This document shows, piece after piece, positions 1 to 6,954 of a DNA stretch of 25,574 nucleotides. How positions within the stretch are numbered: position 1 is the stretch's first letter; every line of letters starts with the position of its first letter. Both the position numbers and the translations under genes were made by a program. Under the pieces are notes generated by a model that saw nothing but the letters and a program-made list of their open reading frames with translations, did no database searches and was not told the DNA's origin. This DNA comes from Eubacterium sp. (GTDB taxonomy: Bacteria > Bacillota > Clostridia > Lachnospirales > Lachnospiraceae), in the NCBI GenBank assembly GCA_003520145.1, contig DOVJ01000072.1:1-25574 (forward strand). The letters are read 5' to 3'.

Positions 1-43
1 GTCCAATACGTCCAAAACCATTAATCGCAACTTTAACTGACAT
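1..43 (-). CDS. gap: Type I glyceraldehyde-3-phosphate dehydrogenase, N-terminal fragment (runs off the window)
   Basis: Reverse complement from ATG at 43 reads MSVKVAINGFGRIG, the GAPDH NAD-binding signature; preceded by AAGGAGG RBS. Not in the ORF track. Confidence 0.93.
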   Translation of the reverse strand, partial: MSVKVAINGFGRIG

Positions 44-82
44 TATAATTTCCTCCTTAAAAAGATAAAGTAATTCATAACT

Positions 83-111
83 ATGATACTAGGTTTCATC
101 CCAAATTTCAA
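83..111 (-). promoter_or_regulatory. Sigma-A-like promoter for gap
   Basis: TTGAAA (111-106), 17 bp spacer, TATCAT (88-83). Confidence 0.65.
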
Positions 112-165
112 GTACTATTTTTCAAAAATGTATCTACCTCGCTTAAACCTCTGAAAACAAAGCAT

Positions 166-1848
166 TTATGCTAATATAGGCTTAATACTCTCTGCAAGTT
201 CATCCTTCTGTGCTGTAGCCTCTTCAAGATTCTTGCCAAGAGTTGTGAAATATGTCTTGATCTTAGGTTCTGTACCCGATGGTCTGACAACAACTGTAGC
301 ACCACCTTCAAGCTTATATATAAGCACATTAGCCGCTGGAAGACCTGTCTCTTCAGGCTTCTTGTAATCAGTTACACTTTCAACCTTATGTCCTGCGAAT
401 TCAGTTGGCGGATTATCTCTTAAGCCCTGCATGATACTTGCCATCTTATCCATACCAGTAAGACCAGGGAATTCGAAGGAATCAACCTTATTGAGGTATC
501 TTCCGTATTCTGCATATATCTCTTCAAGTCTCTCTTTGATAGAGCTTCCGATACTTCTATAGTAAGCAGCCATCTCACATATGAGCATAGAGCCTATAAC
601 AGCGTCCTTATCTCTTACATATGGTCCGGCAAGATAACCATAAGACTCCTCAAAACCAAAGATGAATCTGTCAACTTCACCTGCAGCCTCAAGACCAGCT
701 ATCTGATCGCCAATCCACTTAAATCCAGTCAATACATTGCGCATCTCAACGCCATAGTGAGCAGCAACTGCATCAGCAAGAGGTGTAGACACAAGCGACT
801 TAACAGCAACCGGGTTCTTAGGCATAGTGCCCTTCTCTATTCTGCCGGCGCAGATATAATCAAGGAGGAGTACGCCCATCTCGTTACCGCTTACAAGCTC
901 ATAAGAACCATCAGGGCATCTCATAGCTATACCTACTCTGTCTGCATCAGGGTCAGTTGCCAGCATAAGATCAGCCTCGCACTCCTTAGCAAGCTTAAGT
1001 CCAAGCTCAAGTGCTGCATATATCTCAGGGTTAGGATATGAACATGTAGTGAAGTAACCATTAGGATATTCCTGCTCAGGAACTATAGTTATATCTGTTA
1101 TACCTATATCGTTGAGAACTCTGGTAACAGGTGTAAGACCAGAACCATTAAGTGGGCTGTACACAAGCTTAAGTCCTGCATCCTTGCAAAGACCCGGTCT
1201 TACCTGTCTGCTCTCAATAGCTTCATAGAGCGCATCCTTGCAATCATCACCGACAAAGCGGATGAGACCTTCCTCTACGCCCTTAGCAAAAGACATATAC
1301 TTAGCACCAGTTAATACATCAGTCTTCTGGATCTCATCATATACTATCGCAGCCGCATCATCAGTCATCTGACATCCATCAGGTCCATAAGCCTTGTAGC
1401 CGTTGTACTTAGCAGGATTGTGCGATGCAGTGATCATGATACCAGCGTTACACTTATAGTACCTGGTAGCAAAAGAAAGCGCAGGGACAGGCATGAGCAT
1501 ATCGTAGATACGAACCTTGATTCCATTCGCTGCAAGTACGCCAGCAGCCTCCTTAGCGAATACATCACTCTTGATTCTGCTGTCATAGCTTATGGCAACA
1601 GTCTGAGTTCCCCCCTGTGTCTTAACCCAGTTAGCAAGACCCTGTGTAGCCTGACGAACCACATATATATTCATCCTGTTGGTTCCAGCTCCGAGCACAC
1701 CTCGAAGACCAGCGGTACCAAACTGAAGAGAAACCGCAAAACGGTCCTTGATCTCATCATCATTACCCTTTATACGGGAAAGTTCTGGCAGCAAATCCGG
1801 ATCAGCAAGCCTTGCACCAAGCCAGCGCTCATATTCATTCTGATACAT
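166..1848 (-). CDS. pgm: Phospho-sugar mutase (phosphoglucomutase/phosphomannomutase)
   Basis: FGTAGLRG, catalytic TASHNP, metal loop DPDADR, sugar-binding FEESYG, RPSGTEPKIK; GGAGG RBS. Confidence 0.93.
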   Translation of the reverse strand: MYQNEYERWLGARLADPDLLPELSRIKGNDDEIKDRFAVSLQFGTAGLRGVLGAGTNRMNIYVVRQATQGLANWVKTQGGTQTVAISYDSRIKSDVFAKEAAGVLAANGIKVRIYDMLMPVPALSFATRYYKCNAGIMITASHNPAKYNGYKAYGPDGCQMTDDAAAIVYDEIQKTDVLTGAKYMSFAKGVEEGLIRFVGDDCKDALYEAIESRQVRPGLCKDAGLKLVYSPLNGSGLTPVTRVLNDIGITDITIVPEQEYPNGYFTTCSYPNPEIYAALELGLKLAKECEADLMLATDPDADRVGIAMRCPDGSYELVSGNEMGVLLLDYICAGRIEKGTMPKNPVAVKSLVSTPLADAVAAHYGVEMRNVLTGFKWIGDQIAGLEAAGEVDRFIFGFEESYGYLAGPYVRDKDAVIGSMLICEMAAYYRSIGSSIKERLEEIYAEYGRYLNKVDSFEFPGLTGMDKMASIMQGLRDNPPTEFAGHKVESVTDYKKPEETGLPAANVLIYKLEGGATVVVRPSGTEPKIKTYFTTLGKNLEEATAQKDELAESIKPILA

Positions 1849-1863
1849 ATATCCTCCATTCTA

Positions 1864-1881
1864 AAGAGCATCCATGCTCTT
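1864..1881 (-). promoter_or_regulatory. Putative CsrA-binding stem-loop in the pgm 5' leader
   Basis: AAGAGC-AUGGAU-GCUCUU: 6-bp stem with ANGGAN hexaloop, upstream of an SD containing further GGA motifs. Confidence 0.5.
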
Positions 1882-1931
1882 ATTCTATATTGGGATTCTT
1901 AGTTCCTAATCGTGAACTATTTATCAATATC

Positions 1932-1960
1932 AGTATACATCATCCCGCCCAAAATATCAA
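1932..1960 (-). promoter_or_regulatory. Sigma-A-like promoter for pgm
   Basis: TTGATA (1960-1955), 17 bp spacer, TATACT (1937-1932). Confidence 0.65.
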
Positions 1961-1967
1961 CTTTTTC

Positions 1968-1996
1968 TTGGCTATTTACGCCAAAAGTTATATAAT
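1968..1996 (+). promoter_or_regulatory. Sigma-A-like promoter for the PHP gene (divergent from pgm)
   Basis: TTGGCT (1968-1973), 17 bp spacer, TATAAT (1991-1996). Confidence 0.65.
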
Positions 1997-2021
1997 TATA
2001 TCAGCAAAAGAGGAGGCATAT

Positions 2022-2828
2022 ATGATCAGTGATTCACATCTTCACTCGCACTTTTCATCGGACAGCGACGAAAAGCCTGAGAATATTATAAAAACCTGCA
2101 TCAAAAAAGGCATGAAAACCATGTGCATAACAGACCACATGGATCTTGACTACGACATAACCGAGGATGGTCTTGACTTTCTTCTTGATATACCTTCATA
2201 CAGCAATACCTGGCAGAAGTTAAAGGACCTATACAAGAAAGACATCAACATCCACATGGGTATAGAATTAGGACTTCAGCCACATCTGACCAAGCGCAAT
2301 ACACTTATAACTAAAGAAGCACCATTTGATATGGTCATAGGCTCTATTCACCTGATCGACAAGAAAGACCCTTACTATGATAGCTTCTGGATAGACAGAG
2401 ATATCGATAAAACCATAGAACTCTACTTTCAGGAAATGCTTACATGCGCCAAAGCATTTGACGAATTCGATATACTTGGGCACATCGATTATCTTCTTCG
2501 CTACGTGCCAAAGGATAGGCCGCACAAGGACGCAAGCCACTATATGGACATCATAGAAGAAATCCTTAAGGTAATCATCCACAAGGGCAAAGGTATCGAG
2601 CTCAATACAGCAGGCTTCCGCTACGGCATGGGACACCCTAACCCTTCAGAAGACATCATATCACTCTACAAGAAGCTTGGTGGAGAGATAATCACAGTAG
2701 GCTCTGATGCACATAAGGCTTCAGACATAGGATCACACTTTGAGAAAGCTTCAGATATACTTAAGGACCTGGGATTTAAGTATTATTCAGTTTTTGAGAA
2801 CAGAAAGGCTTCCTTTATGAGGTTATAA
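2022..2828 (+). CDS. PHP-domain histidinol-phosphatase HisJ family protein (268 aa; start corrected from 1812)
   Basis: DSHLHSHFSSD, TDHMD, GIELG, GSIH, GHIDY, GSDAH PHP motifs; AGGAGG at 2011-2016 before ATG 2022. Confidence 0.88.
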   Translation: MISDSHLHSHFSSDSDEKPENIIKTCIKKGMKTMCITDHMDLDYDITEDGLDFLLDIPSYSNTWQKLKDLYKKDINIHMGIELGLQPHLTKRNTLITKEAPFDMVIGSIHLIDKKDPYYDSFWIDRDIDKTIELYFQEMLTCAKAFDEFDILGHIDYLLRYVPKDRPHKDASHYMDIIEEILKVIIHKGKGIELNTAGFRYGMGHPNPSEDIISLYKKLGGEIITVGSDAHKASDIGSHFEKASDILKDLGFKYYSVFENRKASFMRL

Positions 2829-2839
2829 ATACAAAAAAT

Positions 2840-2872
2840 GGGGCTGTCGCAATAGAGTATTGTGATGGCCCC
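2840..2872 (+). terminator. Hairpin between convergent genes, probable terminator
   Basis: GGGGCTGTCGCAATA-GAG-TATTGTGATGGCCCC: 15-bp stem fully paired (with G-U) on the plus-strand RNA; weak U tail. Confidence 0.6.
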
Positions 2873-2923
2873 TTATTAAAACTAAATTTAGTCTTCAGTA
2901 TGGAATTTACTATTCAAATAACA

Positions 2924-4780
2924 TTATTGATATAATGGAGTAAGTCCCAGTACAGTGGAATCATTACAGTCTATAACATAACAATTTTTCAAATATTCTG
3001 ACCATTCAGTCTTAGTCATATATTTTATAGGACCGGATTTCGGCAGATTTTTTGAATCCTTATATATCGCTTCAGCCGCAGTCTTATATATAGAATCATT
3101 GTTATTTGAACTGTCAAGTGATGTGGTCTCTATAAGATAATACTCTCCGACACCGTCTCCTTTATCACTGACCTCGACTGCAACCTGAGCATGTCCTGGT
3201 GGCATAACAAGTAATACATGCATTCCTGCTGCCTGAAGAGCACTGGCAACTGTCAGCGAAGTCTCTATACATAAGCCCGACTTATCATCGATCACGTCAT
3301 CCGGGAATTTCACCCGCTGATGACTTGCCTCAAGCGAAAAAGACCCCATGTCATAACGTACACCCATATTATATAACGCTCTCATTACACCGGCTGCTTG
3401 TATATATGTATTATAATAATGCAGGTTCCCTTGATATCCGATAACAGATTCCAATCTTCCTGAAGAAATAGTCTTTATGGAATTAATAGCATTTCTTCTT
3501 AGTTTATCCATTGAATCTGAATATGGCGTGAGATAACATAATATATTATCTCTTGTTGAGACACCATACTCATCACCATACCAGGCAACATCATTAATAC
3601 TCATTATCTTAACGGGATATGTTTTAGTGCTGATAAGATCAATTCCATTTTTTTCATATATAGAGACCACGATCTGAGCTTCCTTTGATGTATCAAGTTT
3701 AACCTTTTCATTGAGTACAGGCGGTTTGATCAATATTCTCTTAAAATCAGTGGTGATCTTAAAGCTTTGTTTATACTTCTGGGTAAAGCCGGGTATTTCA
3801 GCCTCAACAACAATATCTCTTGTTCCGCCAAGACTACCTGCGGCGAGAACAAATATGGCATCATATGTATTATATAAAGCTGGATATATTGTATCGATAT
3901 TATAATAATACAGGTTTATCTTTCCGAACGATTCATTTTTAAACTCATATTTATTCTTTGTTTCATCATCAAGCTCATTATACTCAACCAGTTCCTCATA
4001 TATCTTTGTGGCATATGAAATCATATAATCTGAAAACTGATTATGACGTTTAAGCCCTTCTAAAAAACTATTATAGGAGACTTCTTCAGCCTTTCTAAAT
4101 CTCTCAGCCAGATTTCTTGCAGAATGAATTTTTAACCAATCATTATTTTTAGAGGCACCTTTATACTTATCAATGCTATATTTTAATACCTCATCACATT
4201 TTTTATAGCCATCCCACTCCGTTACTATACAATCAGGAATAGAATTAATCCCTTCATATTCCTTCCTTCTCTCTTCATAAAATGATTCTATATTACTGAA
4301 ATACTCTTCATATGTTCCCTTTAATTCCGGCATTGTATAATTGATAGTAAAATACTCACCCATAAAAGAATATACTTCTTTTTTTAGCCGAAGCGATCCA
4401 CATACCAATTCAAAATAATTATCGCGCATATTCTGACAAGCATCTCCGAGATCTTTAAAACCTTCGGCCTTTTCTTTAAATATTTCGATACTTTTTAACG
4501 TTTTATCACAAAGTTCGGCTCTGGTAATAAAGCGATTCGAGACATCAGTAATGTCTGAAGTTTTTCCATATTCCTCCATAAATTCATTTACTTTTTTCTC
4601 GGATTCCGACATTATCTCTAACAATCCGTCAGGGATTTCCTTATTATCTTTCATCTGCGAAAGTGATCTTGAACCTTCTGTACTGCTCTTTTTTACATTG
4701 ATACTTTTTTTCGTTTCACATGAAGCAGTTGACATAAGTATCATTATCGCAAGCACAGCAGCTGATATCTTTCTTTTCAT
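2924..4780 (-). CDS. Putative lipoprotein with C-terminal transglutaminase-like (Cys-His-Glu) domain
   Basis: Signal ending STAS-C (lipobox-like); helical N-terminal half; C-terminal GLCIETS...LQAAG...PPGHAQVAV...YYLIETT pattern. Confidence 0.6.
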   Translation of the reverse strand: MKRKISAAVLAIMILMSTASCETKKSINVKKSSTEGSRSLSQMKDNKEIPDGLLEIMSESEKKVNEFMEEYGKTSDITDVSNRFITRAELCDKTLKSIEIFKEKAEGFKDLGDACQNMRDNYFELVCGSLRLKKEVYSFMGEYFTINYTMPELKGTYEEYFSNIESFYEERRKEYEGINSIPDCIVTEWDGYKKCDEVLKYSIDKYKGASKNNDWLKIHSARNLAERFRKAEEVSYNSFLEGLKRHNQFSDYMISYATKIYEELVEYNELDDETKNKYEFKNESFGKINLYYYNIDTIYPALYNTYDAIFVLAAGSLGGTRDIVVEAEIPGFTQKYKQSFKITTDFKRILIKPPVLNEKVKLDTSKEAQIVVSIYEKNGIDLISTKTYPVKIMSINDVAWYGDEYGVSTRDNILCYLTPYSDSMDKLRRNAINSIKTISSGRLESVIGYQGNLHYYNTYIQAAGVMRALYNMGVRYDMGSFSLEASHQRVKFPDDVIDDKSGLCIETSLTVASALQAAGMHVLLVMPPGHAQVAVEVSDKGDGVGEYYLIETTSLDSSNNNDSIYKTAAEAIYKDSKNLPKSGPIKYMTKTEWSEYLKNCYVIDCNDSTVLGLTPLYQ

Positions 4781-4829
4781 TCTTAGCCTCCATTATTATT
4801 GATCATATTTCTTCAGAGCTCCTTTTTTG

Positions 4830-5456
4830 CTACTCTTTTATCGAATATAAAAACCAGCGTTCACCCTGAGGTGTTCCCGATTTGTGAAAATTAAGATCAA
4901 GCGTATAATCATTAAGACTACTCCAGCCTTTTATAGGTATTGTAACAGTAACCGTACAGCAGTCGTGTCCCTTTATATCTACAGCCTCACCTTTTTCTTT
5001 GATCTTCACCTTATCCCATTCGATATTTCTATAATTATCCTGAGTCAGACCTTTCATAAGAACACCTCGCATATCCGCTATACGACTTGCAGGTGTTTTT
5101 TCCTCTGACGAAACAGAAGCATCGATTATTGAAGTCATCGCATCCTCATCACCATCTTTAACTGCTTTCATAAGTTGCTGTACAGCTTCATCAAGCGTCT
5201 TAGCACCCCTACCATCATTCTTCTCGGTACTTGTCTTTTCCGATTTACCATTATTGTCTTTGAATTCCTCCAAAATCCATACCACAAAGAAAATTAATAC
5301 AATTACACCAACAACCATCCCGATAGCTTGCAGCTTTTCCTTTGCACTCGCACCCTTCTTAACTGCACCGGTTTTACCGGACTCAAGCTTATTGCCGCAT
5401 CCACTGCAATATGCTGTTCCATCAGCATTTTCCTTACCACACTTTGAACAAAACAT
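4830..5456 (-). CDS. Zinc-ribbon domain membrane protein (208 aa; start corrected from 5486)
   Basis: MFCSKCG...YCSGCG zinc ribbon, one TM helix, soluble C-terminal domain; AGGAGG RBS at 5469-5464. Confidence 0.8.
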   Translation of the reverse strand: MFCSKCGKENADGTAYCSGCGNKLESGKTGAVKKGASAKEKLQAIGMVVGVIVLIFFVVWILEEFKDNNGKSEKTSTEKNDGRGAKTLDEAVQQLMKAVKDGDEDAMTSIIDASVSSEEKTPASRIADMRGVLMKGLTQDNYRNIEWDKVKIKEKGEAVDIKGHDCCTVTVTIPIKGWSSLNDYTLDLNFHKSGTPQGERWFLYSIKE

Positions 5457-5486
5457 GTATAGACCTCCTAATGTTTTTCTACACAC

Positions 5487-5515
5487 ATTTTACCCCCCAG
5501 GGTTTATTTTGTCAA
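5487..5515 (-). promoter_or_regulatory. Sigma-A promoter for the zinc-ribbon/lipoprotein pair
   Basis: TTGACA (5515-5510), 17 bp spacer, TAAAAT (5492-5487). Confidence 0.75.
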
Positions 5516-5555
5516 CATTTTTTAAAATATGTCGCAGGCATATTTTTTTGCAAAC

Positions 5556-5586
5556 AAAAAAGATAGCCTCGGGAGCTATCTTTTTT
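5556..5586 (-). terminator. Intrinsic terminator (bidirectional form)
   Basis: AAAAAAGATAGC-N7-GCTATCTTTTTT inverted repeat with U tracts on both strands. Confidence 0.8.
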
Positions 5587-5656
5587 GGGGTGTGTTTATA
5601 CCATTCTTCAAGTACGAAGAAAGGATGGGTTAGTTAGTACGCATATTAAAGTAATG
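5556..5656 (-). ncRNA. Candidate small RNA downstream of the riboswitch terminator
   Basis: About 100 nt with no RBS-led ORF, an internal hairpin (UUCUUC-GUACUU-GAAGAA, extendable by CCAU/AUGG), C/U-rich tracts ACCCAUCCUUUC and CACACCCC, closed by its own terminator. Confidence 0.5.
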
Positions 5657-5681
5657 AAAAAAACATCCGAAACGGATGCAC
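5657..5681 (-). terminator. Riboswitch expression platform (regulated intrinsic terminator)
   Basis: GCAUCCG-UUU-CGGAUGU followed by U6; its 5' edge GUGCA is complementary to aptamer UGCAC. Confidence 0.75.
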
Positions 5682-5689
5682 GAAAAATA

Positions 5690-5775
5690 ATCAGTGCAAC
5701 CGGCTGTCATTAGCTTACGCCTTAGACCCTTGGCTTTGTGTCCCTAAGTTTCCCTAGGTTTACCTTTAAACTCAT
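5690..5775 (-). ncRNA. c-di-GMP-I (GEMM) riboswitch aptamer
   Basis: GGUAAA-CCUAGG-GAAA-CUUAGG-GACACAAAGCC-AAGGGUCUAAG...AUGACAGCCGGUUGC: GNRA-capped P2, receptor-like CUAAG/AUG in P3, U-A replacing the usual C-G pair (GGUAAA/GACAC), P1 AUGAGU/ACUGAU. Confidence 0.92.
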
Positions 5776-5796
5776 CTCACTTATTCAACTGTTATT

Positions 5797-5825
5797 ATGA
5801 TAACATATCATTCTACCCTTGTCAA
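5797..5825 (-). promoter_or_regulatory. Sigma-A promoter driving the riboswitch transcript
   Basis: TTGACA (5825-5820), 17 bp spacer, TGn-TATCAT extended -10 (5802-5797), A/T-rich upstream tract. Confidence 0.8.
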
Positions 5826-5857
5826 CACTTTTTTTGAAAATTTTCGAATTTTTTTTG

Positions 5858-5902
5858 AAAAAGCTTCTCCGCCCCACCGTTGACGTATCCACAGCGGGGC
5901 AG
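5858..5902 (-). terminator. Probable terminator of the XrtG/ExbBD-like operon
   Basis: CUGCCCCGCUGU.GA-UACG-UC.ACGGUGGGGCGG long GC-rich stem 12 nt after the stop codon, followed by AGAAGCUUUUU. Confidence 0.65.
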
Positions 5903-5913
5903 GGTATTATGAT

Positions 5914-6441
5914 CTACTCTTCTACATCTAACTTTTTCTCTCTGATCTGAGCATATACGTCATCGTATTGGCTCTGAATACTAATAAGTGTGTCCTTGAT
6001 AGTTTCAAAATCCTTCCTGAATATCTGTTCACTGTCATAAGCGAAGATTATAAAAAAAGGTTTTCCCTTTTCTTTCTTCTTACAATAGCCTTCTAAGATC
6101 TCATTCAGTTCCGACTTAAGATTAGGATACTTCTGCCAATCATACTGATAATTAGTATAATGGTCACCCTCTCTCACAACAAGCGTCCTATCGTATCCGC
6201 TCAGTCCTTTTTCAACATAAACCGTTATAAAGTCAGCACTCGAAAAGATAGTCTCATAATCTGCTATCTTCTCATTAGCAGTATTAAGCTCCACTTTAGT
6301 CCTGTCCAGTTCATCCGTAACTTTTGCCACCACATTTTCCTGGAATCCTCTGTTTCTCATCAGGATTATAAAGAGTAGGATAAAGATCACATCAAGAAGC
6401 GGTGTCAGATCGGTTATGATCAGCTTTTTGTTTCTTCGCAA
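5914..6441 (-). CDS. ExbD/TolR-like single-TM protein (TTG start)
   Basis: DLTPLLDVIFILLFIIL matches the ExbD/TolR TM signature with the conserved Asp; short coiled coil then alpha/beta domain; GGAGG before TTG; overlaps upstream gene by 22 nt. Confidence 0.7.
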   Translation of the reverse strand: MRRNKKLIITDLTPLLDVIFILLFIILMRNRGFQENVVAKVTDELDRTKVELNTANEKIADYETIFSSADFITVYVEKGLSGYDRTLVVREGDHYTNYQYDWQKYPNLKSELNEILEGYCKKKEKGKPFFIIFAYDSEQIFRKDFETIKDTLISIQSQYDDVYAQIREKKLDVEE

Positions 6442-6941
6442 TTTGATTCCTCCGTCGCTTTCGCCTTGCCATACGCTTTGTTCTGTATGATCTCCATCAG
6501 ACGCTCACCCATATCGAGATAGTAAGCTATGCACGAATCAAGGACTTTAAAAAGTATGGTGAATATGATGCCCCAGAAAGTTGAAGTAAGGGCGCCTAAG
6601 AATTCAACATCTATCGCGCTCATATCCTCAACTATGCCAAGAAGCGACACAACAGTTCCGAGGATACCAAGAAGCGTAAATATGCTCGAGAGATTGATAA
6701 AAAGAGTGTAGAAGAATTCTACCTTCTTCCACAGTTCATATACGTTGCCGTACTTTCCTGCTGACTTGGATTCCGACAACAGAAGGTCCGGATTATCATC
6801 AGCAAGAGATATTCTCGGTGCGACTGTATCATAGAGTTTCTTTGCCATCGTAAAAGCGAAGAAGAATATCACGCCATTGACGATAGCCATAACAAATATG
6901 ATCCAGTCAAACTTCAAAAAGTTTTCTAAGTAATTAGACAT
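6420..6941 (-). CDS. MotA/TolQ/ExbB proton-channel family protein
   Basis: Three TM segments; FTLLGILGTVVSL and GALTSTFWGIIFTI match the GLLGTV and ALxTTxxGL channel helices. Confidence 0.8.
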   Translation of the reverse strand: MSNYLENFLKFDWIIFVMAIVNGVIFFFAFTMAKKLYDTVAPRISLADDNPDLLLSESKSAGKYGNVYELWKKVEFFYTLFINLSSIFTLLGILGTVVSLLGIVEDMSAIDVEFLGALTSTFWGIIFTILFKVLDSCIAYYLDMGERLMEIIQNKAYGKAKATEESNCEETKS

Positions 6942-6954
6942 CCTCTATCCCCCT

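Noticed and set aside
75..86. TCATA-AC-TATGA palindrome at the gap -10
   Set aside because: Too short and AT-rich to assign to any regulator.
1812..2021. 70-aa N-terminal extension of the PHP ORF
   Set aside because: It overlaps the pgm start and both divergent promoters; the RBS and PHP motif point to ATG 2022.
5254..5637. 127-aa plus-strand ORF across the zinc-ribbon gene and the sRNA region
   Set aside because: Antisense to a well-supported gene, crosses a bidirectional terminator, and has no RBS.
5630..5644. Mini-ORF MRTN downstream of the riboswitch
   Set aside because: Four codons with no SD; not credible as the regulated product.
5828..5862. CodY-like box upstream of the riboswitch promoter
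   Set aside because: The best match has three mismatches to AATTTTCWGAAAATT within poly-A/T sequence; more simply an UP element plus terminator tail.
5914..6941. Calling the pair the flagellar stator motAB or Zorya zorAB
   Set aside because: The A subunit is too short for MotA and lacks the ZorA tail; the B subunit has an ExbD-type TM motif and no evident OmpA-like domain; no zorC/D/E.
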